Positions 10,698 through 21,271 of a stretch of DNA of 32,000 bases are shown in pieces; the first letter of the stretch is position 1, and each line of letters opens with the position of its first letter. The notes under the pieces are model-generated. The model searched no databases. It was given only the letters and a program-made list of their open reading frames with translations, and was not told the DNA's origin. The stretch is from Mesoplasma florum L1 (GTDB lineage Bacteria; Bacillota_I; Bacilli_A; Mycoplasmatales; Mycoplasmataceae): positions 90,001 to 122,000 of the forward strand of contig NC_006055.1 in NCBI RefSeq assembly GCF_000008305.1, written 5' to 3'. A program made the position numbers and the translations under genes.

Positions 10698-12107
10698 ATG
10701 AATCATAATTTTAAATTAAAAGAAAAGAAGATTTGAATTAAATCATATTGATGAGCACTGATTATACTAGTTGGTTCCTTATTAATAACAACGTTTTTTG
10801 ATTACCAAATAACAGATTTTTTTACACAAGGTATGAATAATTATTTTTTAAGACAAATTGTTAATTTTGTAAGTTCGGGTGGTAACTTTATCATAACTAT
10901 CCCAATAGGAATAATAGCAGCGACGATTTTAGAAACATTGTATTTTAAATATAAGATAAAAAATAATTTTATTAAGCTTGTACCATATACTTTATTGATT
11001 CTTGGCTTAATATTTTTTGGTTCACTTTATTGTATTCAAAAAGCTTCTTACACATTTTCAGATGATATTAAGAATAATACTTTGAATTCTATTTGAATTA
11101 AAACATTAACAACATGAAAAGAACCAATAATAATATGTTCTATTTGGATTGTTTTAATGACAGCTATTCTTTCTTATGGAACATTCTTCTTTAGAATAAA
11201 ATTTGCTTCAAGAAACGACATACTTGAAAATAAATACTGAATTGGTGCGTTTGAAATGCTTACTGTTTTTATAATTTCTTACTTTACAGTTTTAGTGTTA
11301 AAATTATTTTTTGCACGACCATTTTATTTCTCTGTAGAATATAGAAATTTATTTGGTATGTCTGATTCAAATGAAATAGAACATTTATTCGATGGACTGA
11401 CAATTGAAAATTATGTTAATCATCCAGGTGCCAAATTATTAATTGATTTATACTTACAAACTGAAGGTTTAGAATTAAATGATAACAACTTTAAATTAGC
11501 TACAAATTGAATGGCTGAAACATTATGACAGATTCCATATGGTCCTGCACCAGAACCTGCTTGAAGATGAACATATTGATTTATACCAAATATTTTTTCA
11601 AGAGTTGATTCTCATACAATTAATGATGGAGTCATTTATTGAAGCTCCCAAGCTTTTAATGGAGATTTTCCATCAGGACACATAGAAATCCCACTTTCAA
11701 TTTTTGGAACATTTTTTATTATAAGAAGAAGTGGTAGTGTTAACTTTAAAAATAAAAAAATATTATTATTTACAATTTTAACTTCAATCATGTTTGTCTT
11801 AACTTTTTTCTTCATGATAGTTTATAGATTTCACTGAATTACAGATATGATTTTTACTCCAATTTTATATTTTGCATTTTTACCTATAGCTTATTTCAAA
11901 ACAGAAAGATGAATTTATGCAATCATGTTTCGTTTTAGTAAAAATAAAAAAATACTAATAACAAATAATGGTAATAAAACTGAATTTAAAATAACTGTTA
12001 ATCAGGAATATGTTATTTTTAAAATAAAGAAAAAGGGTAAGAAGGCTTTTAAATATGAGTATAAAATTAAAACTAAATATCCAAGTTTGTTAGTTGACAG
12101 AATTTAA
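10698..12107 (+). CDS. Polytopic membrane protein, PAP2-like phosphatase family
   Basis: RBS AAGAAGGAAAG, ATG 10698, TAA 12105-12107. Multiple TM segments; KLFFARP (11301-11321), FPSGHIE (PSGH 11670-11681) and HWITD (ends 11846). Confidence 0.7.
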
Positions 12108-12127
12108 TAATATTTAAATTAAGTATA

Positions 12128-12159
12128 AAAAAGCACAGTTTATTACTCCTGTGCTTTTT
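12128..12159. terminator. Bidirectional terminator
   Basis: AAAAAGCACAG ... CTGTGCTTTTT, flanked by convergent coding or decayed loci. Confidence 0.8.
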
Positions 12160-12171
12160 ATATTTATTACA

Positions 12172-12696
12172 TTATTTCGTTTTATTTTTGCCCTTTTTCA
12201 TTTGGTGTTCCAAATAACTTATTTTAAGCATGATTTTAACAACTCATATTACAATTGTTGCACTAAGAGAATCACATAGAATTGAAAGCATTGTTGCTAC
12301 TTCTGATCCTGTATCTGAATTCATAAAATCAAATAAAAATAATAAACTTAAAATACTTAAGATTAAACCAACTAGACGAAAGAAAAAAACTGTACAAGTC
12401 TAGTCTATTTGCAAATTTTTCTAGTGGTAATATCTTTAAACCTTTTTCGTATTTTCTTTTTAATATAGTTCCGCCATATTTTAAAAGCAATAATTGCTGT
12501 TGCTGTACTTAATGTATCAAAGCATACTGTTAGTACTGTAAATACAAAAGAAGATTCAGGTTCCACTTCATAAAGTTTTTGAACTTAGCCTTAAAAGACT
12601 TAACATACCTAGGATAATTCCTACTGTTCCACAAAGAGCACTGATCAATTCAACTGCTATCAGTATTCTTGTTTCTATTTTTATATTCTTTTTCAT
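12172..12696 (-). pseudogene. Decayed locus encoding small hydrophobic membrane protein(s)
   Basis: Minus strand starts MKKNIKIETRILIAVELISALCGTVGIILGMLSLL (ATG at 12696). It then needs a frame change to read YEVEPESSFVFTVLTVCFDTLSTATAIIAFKIW..., stop near 12405. A third frame reads VFFFRLVGLILSILSLLFLFDFMNSDTGSEVATMLSILCDSLSATIVIWVVKIML..., stop 12172-12174. Confidence 0.55.
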
Positions 12697-12780
12697 AAAA
12701 ATGTTTATACACCTTTAAGCTTTTTTACACAAATTTAGTATTTTGCTGATGTTCAAGTAGATTTTATAGAGCTATTCTTG

Positions 12781-12786
12781 TATAAT
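12781..12786 (+). promoter_or_regulatory. -10 element of a putative rpsF operon promoter
   Basis: TATAAT just upstream of a structured leader; -35 not clear. Confidence 0.45.
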
Positions 12787-12795
12787 ATTTTAAGC

Positions 12796-12860
12796 GAGTT
12801 AATGTACACGGGATTAACTCCTTGGCCCAAAGGCCCAAAGACCAAAAGGAGGACATTAAA
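12796..12860 (+). promoter_or_regulatory. Structured 5' leader of rpsF; candidate S6:S18 autoregulatory RNA
   Basis: Perfect 8-bp stem GAGTTAAT (12796-12803) / ATTAACTC (12813-12820) with loop GTACACGGG. Then GC-rich CCTTGGCCCAAAGGCCCAAAGACC before AAAAGGAGG. Confidence 0.55.
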
Positions 12861-12861
12861 A

Positions 12862-13734
12862 ATGTTAAGAAAATATGAAGCAATGTTTATCTTAGACCAA
12901 GATACACAAGATGTTAACGCTTTATCATCAAGAATGATTGAAATCATTTCTAAAGATGGAAAAGTAATTGAAAAAAACGATTTAGGATTAATCGAATTTG
13001 CATACAAAATTAACCACAAGAAAAAAGGACACTATTTTGTAGTTATAGTAGAAGCTACTGCAGAAGCTATTAAAGAATTCGAAAGAATTGCAAACATTGA
13101 GAAAAATGTAGTTAGAACTCTAATCATCAATACAGAAAACGAACAAGGTTATGAACAATCAGTTCAATTATCAAAAACTGATATGACTAAATTCGAAGAA
13201 GAAAGAAAAGCAAAAAGAGATTTCAAAAAACCTTTTGTTAAAAAAGAATTCAACAAACCAACAGAAAAAAGAACATTTGAAAAGCCAGCTGAAGTTACAG
13301 TTGAAGTTAAAGAAGTTGTTGTAGAAGAAGTTAAACAAACTGTTAAACCAGCTAAAAAAGTTGCTGAAGCTAAAGTTGAAGAAGTTTCTCATGAAGAAGC
13401 ACATGACTTCGTTTCAAAAATGGAAGCAAAATATAAAGCTCACTTAGCTGAAACTGTTGAAGAACATGTTGAAGAAGTTGAAGTTGAAGAAGCAAAAACT
13501 ACAGCTAAAAAACCAGCTGCACCTAAAATGTCAGCTGCAGAAAGAGCTAAAGTTGATGGATCACACAATATTGATGAAGAAAGATATGAATTACAAAAAT
13601 ACTCAAACAAATTAAGAAGTGTTGCAATCGAAAAAAACTTACCAAAAAAATTACAAGAAGTTAACTTAAGAGATTTAACTAAAAAAGAACTAATCGAATA
13701 CATGAGAAAAGTTCGTGCTGCATTAGCTAAATAG
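12862..13734 (+). CDS. rpsF: Ribosomal protein bS6 with long C-terminal extension
   Basis: RBS AAAAGGAGG, ATG 12862: MLRKYEAMFILDQDTQDVNALSSRMIEII... Located upstream of ssb and rpsR; 290 aa. Confidence 0.93.
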   Translation: MLRKYEAMFILDQDTQDVNALSSRMIEIISKDGKVIEKNDLGLIEFAYKINHKKKGHYFVVIVEATAEAIKEFERIANIEKNVVRTLIINTENEQGYEQSVQLSKTDMTKFEEERKAKRDFKKPFVKKEFNKPTEKRTFEKPAEVTVEVKEVVVEEVKQTVKPAKKVAEAKVEEVSHEEAHDFVSKMEAKYKAHLAETVEEHVEEVEVEEAKTTAKKPAAPKMSAAERAKVDGSHNIDEERYELQKYSNKLRSVAIEKNLPKKLQEVNLRDLTKKELIEYMRKVRAALAK

Positions 13735-13796
13735 TTATATAATCGAAATAAGAAATATATAAAAAGTTCAATGAACTTAAAAAGGAGCAGTAAACT

Positions 13797-14252
13797 ATGA
13801 ATCAAGTATGTTTAATAGGTAGAATTACAAAAGATATCGAATTAAGAAATACAACTAATGGGCAAGGGAAATTTGTTTCATTCACATTAGCTGTAAGTGA
13901 ATATTCTGGTCAAAAAGAAATCACAAACTTTATTCCTTGTTTTGCTTTTAACAATACAGCTGAAAATATGGCTAGATTTTTATCAAAAGGAAGTCTAATT
14001 TCAGTTTCAGGTAGAGTTAATGTTAGAACATCTCAAACTGATGGAAAATACGAAACTATTGTAACTATTACTGCCGACCGTGTAAACTTTTTAGAATCTG
14101 CTAAAAACAGAGGATCAAATAACTCTGTTGAAACAAATTCAAGCATTAATTTAGATTCACCAATGCAAAATAAAACTTCATCTATTGCATCAAATAATGT
14201 GCAAACAGAAGAAATTATTTTAAGTGAAGATGAATCAATTTTATGAGATTAA
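13797..14252 (+). CDS. ssb: Single-stranded DNA-binding protein
   Basis: ATG 13797: MNQVCLIGRITKDIELRNTTNGQGKFVSFTLAVSE. Stop TAA 14250-14252 after TGA (Trp) and GAT. Confidence 0.95.
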
Positions 14253-14278
14253 TATAAATTAGAAAGGCTACTAAAATT

Positions 14279-14509
14279 ATGGCAATGAAAAAATTCGTTA
14301 AAAAAAGAAAAAAAGTTAACTTTTTTGCTAAAAACAAAATTAACTACATTGATTACAAAGATGTAGAATTATTGAAAAAATTTATTTCAGGAAATGGACA
14401 AATCTTACCAAGAAGAATTACTGGTACATCTCCAAAACACCAAAGACAATTGGCTGTTGCAATTAAAAGAGCACGTCAAATGGCTTTATTACCATACGTA
14501 ATTGACTAA
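14279..14509 (+). CDS. rpsR: Ribosomal protein bS18
   Basis: [74 protein letters not shown]. Confidence 0.97.
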   Translation: MAMKKFVKKRKKVNFFAKNKINYIDYKDVELLKKFISGNGQILPRRITGTSPKHQRQLAVAIKRARQMALLPYVID

Positions 14510-14518
14510 TTAAAACAG

Positions 14519-14545
14519 AAACCATCAATCATGATGGTTTTTTAT
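14519..14545 (+). terminator. Intrinsic terminator after rpsR
   Basis: AAACCATCA-ATCA-TGATGGTTT followed by T-run. Confidence 0.8.
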
Positions 14546-14644
14546 TTTAACATGTTTTTTTAAAATGAAACAACAATAGAATATGTTAATTCAAGTAAAG
14601 TGATTTATAATATTATTAAGTTTAAAATGACTTAGGAGGTTTTT

Positions 14645-15088
14645 ATGAAAGTAATTTTTTTACAAGACGTAAAAGGACAAGGGAAAAAAGATGAAATTAA
14701 AGAAATAAGTGATGGTTATGCAAGAAATTTCTTAATACCTAAAGGTTTAGTTAAATTAGCAACTGAAGGTAGTGTAAAAACAGTTAAAAACAGAAAAATT
14801 GTTCAAGAGCAAGAAAAAGATTTAGCTATTGCAGAAACTAAGCAACTAAAAACATTGTTAGAAGAAATAATATTAAAATTTAAATTACAAATAAACGAAG
14901 GAAAAGCTTTCCATTCAATTTCAAATCAAGATATAGTAGATCAACTTAAAAATTCACATAAAATTGATTTAGATAAAAGAAAATTTGTAAACTTTAAAAA
15001 TCTAAATCAAATAGGATTACATTATATAGTTATAAAATTAGGTTTTGGTATTGAAGCAAAATTAAAAGTAGAAATTCAAGGGGTATAA
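14645..15088 (+). CDS. rplI: Ribosomal protein bL9
   Basis: RBS TAGGAGG, ATG 14645: [39 protein letters not shown]. Confidence 0.96.
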   Translation: MKVIFLQDVKGQGKKDEIKEISDGYARNFLIPKGLVKLATEGSVKTVKNRKIVQEQEKDLAIAETKQLKTLLEEIILKFKLQINEGKAFHSISNQDIVDQLKNSHKIDLDKRKFVNFKNLNQIGLHYIVIKLGFGIEAKLKVEIQGV

Positions 15089-15089
15089 A

Positions 15090-16436
15090 ATGAGTAGAAA
15101 AGATATGAGCGAAAACAATTTACATTCAGTTGAAAAGATGGTTCTTGCTATTGCGATGCATTCTCCAAATGCGCTGCCAGATATAATGACAGGTTTGGTT
15201 GCTGATGACTTTTTAGATTCAACCCACAAAATAATTTTTCAAGGGATAATAGAATTACATTCTCAAAGCAAAGAAGTTACTATTAGTTCTGTAGCAAACC
15301 AAATTGAAAAAAAAGGAAACTTGGAGTCAATTGGTGGAATTCAAAGACTTCAAGATATTGCTTTAGACTTCTTTTCAGATGAAGGAATTGAAAACTTCAT
15401 AGAAGATATTTTTTACGCTAGTTCTTCAAGAAAATTTGATGCAGCTTTAAGAAGAGTTCAAAATTTAAGAAGAGAAGAACAAATGGATATTGAATCATCA
15501 ATTAACGAAATTCAAAAAGAATTATTAAAAATAGATCTTAATGCACAAAAAAACGATGTTCAAAGTATTCATGCCTCAACTGAGTCATTAATTAAAAAAA
15601 TTCAAGAGTTGGAAAAAAGAAGTGAAACTTTAACAGGTATACCAACTGATCTTTTTGAGTTAGATGAAATAACTTCAGGTCTTCAAGAAGGAGATTTAAT
15701 TATTTTAGCAGCTCGTCCAAGTATGGGTAAAACAGCTTTTGCCTTAAACTTAGCTTACAATGCGGCAAGACATAAAAATGGAGTTGCTGTTTTCTCATTA
15801 GAAATGCCAGCTGAACAATTGACACAAAGAATAATGACAATGGTTTCAAAAATAGATTCAAAAAAATTAAGAACTGGTAAAAATATTTCTAAAGCTGAAT
15901 GAAGTAATCTTTTAGCTTCAAAAGAAATTGTTTCACAATTACCAATTTATATTGATGATACTCCTGGAATAACTGTTCAACAAATTCAATCAAAATTATA
16001 TAAATTAAAAAGAGATCATGATGTTAAATTTTGTGTTGTGGACTACCTTCAATTAATTAGTTCAACAAACGGCTCAGCAGATAGACAAAATGAAATATCA
16101 AATATTTCTCGTCAACTAAAAAGAGTTGCCAGAGAATTAAGAATACCTATTGTTTGTTTATCACAACTTTCAAGAAGTGTTGAAAAACGTGAAGATAAAA
16201 GACCTATAATGTCTGACTTACGTGATTCTGGTGCTATTGAGCAAGATGCTGATATTATTATGTTTTTATATCGAGATGATTATTACAAACATAAAGACGG
16301 TAATGAAGAAGAAAATAAAATTGTTGATCAAGTAAGTGCTACAGATTTAATTCTTTCAAAACATAGAAATGGTGCTACTGGAACTATCAATATATTATTT
16401 GATAAAAGTCATGGAAAATTCATGGATAAAGGGTAA
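15090..16436 (+). CDS. dnaB: Replicative DNA helicase (DnaB family)
   Basis: Adjacent to rplI. Walker A ARPSMGKTAFALN; DYLQLI, SQLSRSVEKR, SDLRDSGAIEQDAD and IMFLYR. TGA read as Trp. Confidence 0.96.
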
Positions 16437-16439
16437 TTG

Positions 16440-16464
16440 AAATGGGAGAAATTCCATTTTTTTT
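16440..16464 (+). terminator. Weak intrinsic terminator after dnaB
   Basis: AAATGG...CCATTT followed by T-run. Confidence 0.55.
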
Positions 16465-16501
16465 GTTATAATTATACAAGATATGCTCATAAGGAGGATT
16501 T

Positions 16502-17935
16502 ATGAAGAAATTATTATCTATTATTACAGCATTAACTGTAGCAGCATCAGCAACTAGTAGTTTAGTGTCATGTAAAGTAATTACAAATGGCTTTGATATT
16601 GAAATAACAGAATATAAAGCAGCAGGAAATTTAAAATATACTTTTGATACAAATGCAGGTGAATATGTACCTAAAACGGACTACACAACAACTGAAGCAG
16701 ATGTTAAAAAAGCTCTTGACGGTGCAACAGGGACTTTTGCTTCATCACTAGTTACTGATATGATTAACTCCTTATTTTTTAATGCTAATTTAAGCGTTAC
16801 TCAAAACTCAAAAGATATATGACAATATTTATTTAGAACAGATAAAGAAGGTATATATGCTGATGGTCAATATAGAACTGCTGGTTTAAATAGTAGTCAA
16901 AATGAAGAAATTGATAAATATTATTCAGAAATTAGAAATATTACATCTTTATTAGGATTAATGCAATATTCAGAATGAACTAATTCAAATTCAAAAGAAG
17001 TTCAATCATTAGATGAAAGCGGTAAACCATTTGTTTTATCAAAAGAAACATTAGACTTTATTAATAATGAAACTAATATGTTTGAAAGTTCAAATAATCA
17101 AGGTATTACAAATGTAAAAATTAATTCAATTCCAAAATTATATGAAGGAAATATTGGTCTTGCAACTAAATCAGATAATGAAAGTTCTGATGCCGAAGAA
17201 ACTGTATATGAGCCAATTAATATAACAAGCTACGAGAAAAAATATATTTCTAAAGAAACAAACTATAATGCAAAAACAGCAAAAGAAACTGAAGACAGTA
17301 AAGGTGAAAAAGGATATGTAGATTACATATCAGGAACTAACCTTTCAGCTAATTTCTTTTCTCAATTATTAATATCATCACCACAGGCTGATTCAAAACC
17401 TGAATTAGATATTCAAGTTCAAAGAGTTGAAAAACAATCTGATACAAGTAAAGAAAACTTCAAAAAACAAGGACTAGTTTTAAATTCTAAAAAAGATACT
17501 GATCCTATTGTGTTCGAATATACTGAAGATGAAAAGGGAAATAGAACAAGTTATGCATATGGTTATTCTTTAATACCTTTAGCACCTATTAACTTAGAGA
17601 TGACATACAATAACGATCGAGATTTAAAAACAGGTGAACCTAAACCAGGCAGCCAAAATTATAAAATAAATTTAACTATTGATGGACTAAGCGCAGCATT
17701 TAAACCAGTTCTAAGTTTTACTTCAAATTTAGATTTAGAAGGTAATAAAACTGATAAAGATGGTACTCCATATGTTGGGTGAAGATTTATGAATTATCAA
17801 TTTAATTCAAAAAATATTATAGGTTATGATGAACAAGGAAATCAATTTACTGATAAGCCAAGTAAAAAAATGACTGCAACAAATAAAAAATTCAATGATT
17901 TTAATATTACTGATTTAACATTTGAAAAAGCTTAA
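16502..17935 (+). CDS. Putative lipoprotein, function unknown
   Basis: Signal/lipobox MKKLLSIITALTVAASATSSLVSC. Frame continues through several TGA (Trp) codons to TAA 17933-17935. Confidence 0.85.
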
Positions 17936-17948
17936 TTAAAAGAATCTT

Positions 17949-17973
17949 AAAAGTGTCATTTGACGCTTTTTTT
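17949..17973 (+). terminator. Intrinsic terminator
   Basis: AAAAGTGTCA-TT-TGACGCTTTT followed by T-run, with one T:G wobble. Confidence 0.65.
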
Positions 17974-18040
17974 GTTTAATAAAACAAAACTCATTTAATA
18001 TAAGTATAATATTATTAAGTATTTTACACTGAAAGGAGAT

Positions 18041-18958
18041 ATGATGGATAATTTTTTAAAATGATTGATGTCTGGAAATCATCTAGCATATGCTTCTAGT
18101 TTGCTAACATTTTGTTGTTTAGCTCTTTTTGGATTAGGTTCTTTTATATATAAAAAATATTTAGTTAGAAAAGGAGAATTCTTTATTTCTCCCACATTTA
18201 ATACTAAGAATATTACATATATGGGAATAATGATTGCTTGTTCAGTTTCAGTAACTGTTGTTATTTCATTGGTTGCCCCTATTACAGTTTTCCCACCAAT
18301 CAGAGTTGCTTTTGAAGGAATTATGATTAAAATTACTGGTATGATTTTTGGACCTATAATTGGATTGATTGTTGGATTAATTACAGAGTTATTAACTATG
18401 CTATTTATTCCATCATTTATTCACCCAGCTTATTTCTTAGTGGCTATTGGTTTTGGTTTCTGAGCGGGTATGGCTTCATTTACATTTAAATTAAAATCTA
18501 AACAACAATGAATAACAATTACAATAATTACTTTATTCATAATTGCTGCAACTGCATTCTTATACAATACACTTCAATACTTAACACCTGATGAAAATGG
18601 AAATGTTAAATTATTTGGTATAGCAGTTAAAAAAGAATTAATACCAATGCTATTTATTATCATGATGGGAATACTATTATCAATTTGTTATATTATGTGT
18701 GGTATTTTTGTTTTATTGAAAAAACAAAAATGATTAGAAATAATTCTTCCAATCTTCCTTATATGTATCGTTACAGAAATACTAATAACTGTTTTAACTG
18801 CTGCTTGAGGTGATGCAGGATTGCTAACTTCAAACACAGATGATGGTTATATTAGTATGGTTGCTTTAAGGGTAGTTCAAATCCCATTAAAAATTATTTT
18901 TAATACAGCTTTACTAGCAACTGTTTATTCAGTCTTAAGACCATTAATTAAAAAATAA
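18041..18958 (+). CDS. ECF-type transporter S component (integral membrane; substrate unassigned)
   Basis: RBS AAAGGAG, ATGATG at 18041. VVISLVAPITVFPPIRVAFEGIMIKITGMIFGPIIGLIVGLITELLTMLF resembles ECF S components. TAA 18956-18958. Confidence 0.65.
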
Positions 18959-18973
18959 TAAGAAAGGATCTAT

Positions 18974-20299
18974 ATGAAATTATTTGATACATTAACTCAA
19001 GAACAAAAAAACATAAATAAAGAAGTTATCAATATATATTCATGTGGTCCAACAATATATGACTATATTCATATAGGTAATGCTAGACCAATAATTTTAA
19101 TGGATACTTTAATTAGATTTTTAGAATCAGAAGGTATCAAAGTAAATTTTTTACAAAACATTACAGATATTGATGACAAAATTATTGAAAAAGCTATACA
19201 AGAAAATAAAACAGAAAAAGAAATAACAGACAAATACTTGTCTGCATTTTTACAAAACTTAAAAGATTTGAAAATTAGAATGCCTGATAAATTAATTCCC
19301 ATAAGTGAAAAAATAAGTGAAATGAATTTATTTATTGACGATTTAGTTAAATTAGAAGCTGCATATAATGTTGATGGTGATGTTTATTTTGATATACAAA
19401 AATTTTCAGATGAATATGGGAAATTATCAAACAAAAAAATAAATGATTTAATTTCAGGAAATAGAGTCGAAATAGAAGATAAAAAAAATAACCCATTAGA
19501 TTTTAGCGTGTGAAAAAAAACTGAAAAAGGTATAACATTTGATTCTAATTTTGGTAAAGGTAGACCAGGTTGACATACAGAGTGTGCTTTATTGATTGAT
19601 GAATATTTTAAAGGTGAAACAATAGACATTCATTCAGGTGGTATTGACTTACAGTTTCCTCATCATGAAAATGAAAGAATTCAATTTATAGCAAAACATG
19701 GAAAAGAAATATCTGATATTTGAGTTCACAATGGACATTTAACTATTAATGGCGAGAAAATGAGCAAATCATTAGGAAATACAATGACACTTACTAATTT
19801 TTTAGCAAATTATAATTCAGATATATTAAGATGAATATTTTTAACAACTTACTACAAACAACCTTTAAATATAAACGATGATTTAATTGAACAAGCAAAT
19901 AAATTTATTCAAAAAATAAATAATTTAAGCAAAAAAATAAAACAATTATTAATTGAAAATAAATTTGTTAAAACTAACCAATTTGATGAAGAAATTATAA
20001 AACAATTTAAAATTCATATGAAAAATGACTTAAACACTTCAAGAGTTTTAACTTTATTAGAAGATACACTTAAAGATATTAATAAGCTTTCAACATTAAA
20101 AGAATTTGATGATTTATTTTTAAAAATAAATTCTTTAAATTACATTTTAAAAACATTAGGTCTTTCAATAAACATAAATACTTTTGTTTCTGATGAAGAA
20201 CAAAATTTATTTTTATTATGAAAAAAAATAGTAAGTGAAAAAGATTTTGAAAAAGCAGACGAAATAAGAAAAGTATTAATTAGTAAAGGGATTTTATAA
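18974..20299 (+). CDS. cysS: Cysteinyl-tRNA synthetase
   Basis: [54 protein letters not shown] and [11 protein letters not shown] 20297-20299. Confidence 0.97.
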
Positions 20300-20300
20300 A

Positions 20301-21029
20301 ATGGAGAATTTAAGTTTAATTTACGGAAAACATGCAGTTAATGAATTTATAAAAAAGCACCCTAATTTAATTAAAAAAATATATATTTCAAGTGACTTTA
20401 AAATAGATAAATCAAATAATGAATTTCAGATTTTAAAAGTTGATTTAAAAAAAATAGAAAATCTTGTTGGTAATGAGGCTAATCATCAAGGCATTGTTGC
20501 AGAGGTTAAAGAATTTAATTACAAACCATTTGGTGAAGCACTAAATCAAATGAAAGACGATGAACCTAAATTAGTATTGATATTAGATCAAATTCAGGAC
20601 CCGTATAATTTTGGAGCTATAATAAGAAGTTCTAGTTTATTAGGTGTTGATCAAATTGTTATTTTAGACCATAAGCAAGTTTTTGTTAATTCAACAGTTG
20701 TTAAAACATCTGCTGGAACAGTTTATGATATGAACATTAGTAAAGTTACAAATTTAAGCAATGCTATTAAAGATCTACAAAAAAATGGGTTTTGAATATA
20801 CTCAACTCATTTAAATTCTGAATCTAATGATATGAGAAAAGTTGATTTTGCCAATAGGACTGCTATAGTAATTGGAAATGAACATAATGGAGTTAGTGAT
20901 TTAGTAATGAAAAATAGTGATATGAATGTATTTATACCCTCAACAAATACTATAGATTCGTATAATGCAAATGTTGCAACTTCTTTAATTTTGTATCATG
21001 TTGCTAACTATATTGGAAAACTTAAATAA
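20301..21029 (+). CDS. TrmH/SpoU-family 23S rRNA 2'-O-methyltransferase (RlmB-like)
   Basis: MENLSLIYGKHAVNEFI; LDQIQDPYNFGAIIRSS, VIGNEHNGVSDLVMKNSD and SYNANVATSLILYH. Confidence 0.92.
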
Positions 21030-21041
21030 TAAATGTATAAT
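21013..21041 (+). promoter_or_regulatory. Candidate promoter for rpmG-secE-nusG, partly within the upstream gene's 3' end
   Basis: TTGGAA (21013-21018), 17-bp spacer, TATAAT (21036-21041). Confidence 0.5.
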
Positions 21042-21054
21042 ATTCATAGTTATT

Positions 21055-21075
21055 AGGAGGTTAACCTCCTTTTTA
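21055..21075 (+). terminator. Palindrome plus T-run (terminator-like) at predicted transcript start
   Basis: AGGAGGTT/AACCTCCT perfect 16-nt palindrome followed by T5. Confidence 0.55.
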
Positions 21076-21106
21076 ATTAGACAAAGCTTGGTTGAGGAGG
21101 GTTAGT

Positions 21107-21271
21107 ATGCATAAAACAAAATCTACAAGAAAAATAATTTTAGTATGCGAAGATTGTTTAAGTAGAAACTATTCATTGAATAAAAGTAACTTAACTCAGA
21201 AAGAACGTTTAGAAATTAAAAAATTTTGCTCAATGTGTAATAAACACACATTGCATAAGGAAACAAGATAA
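21107..21271 (+). CDS. rpmG: Ribosomal protein bL33 (CxxC/CxxC form)
   Basis: [54 protein letters not shown]. Missed by the ORF track because it is short. Confidence 0.9.
   Translation: MHKTKSTRKIILVCEDCLSRNYSLNKSNLTQKERLEIKKFCSMCNKHTLHKETR

Noticed and set aside
10640-10700. Short ATG-started frame (MKNKYKNLTNKKERK...) before the PAP2-like gene
   Set aside because: Overlaps the real RBS and start, no RBS of its own, and very AT-rich; likely chance.
13200-13500. Repetitive GAAGTTGAAGAA/AAAGTTGAAG-type tracts in rpsF considered as a DNA repeat or CRISPR
   Set aside because: No regular repeat-spacer structure; this reflects low-complexity Glu/Val/Lys codons in the S6 linker.
12753-13805. Minus-strand ORFs opposite rpsF (12753-13019, 13171-13404, 13440-13805)
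   Set aside because: These are antisense shadows of the Lys/Glu-rich S6 gene, giving Phe/Ser/Leu-rich translations with no RBS or conserved motifs.
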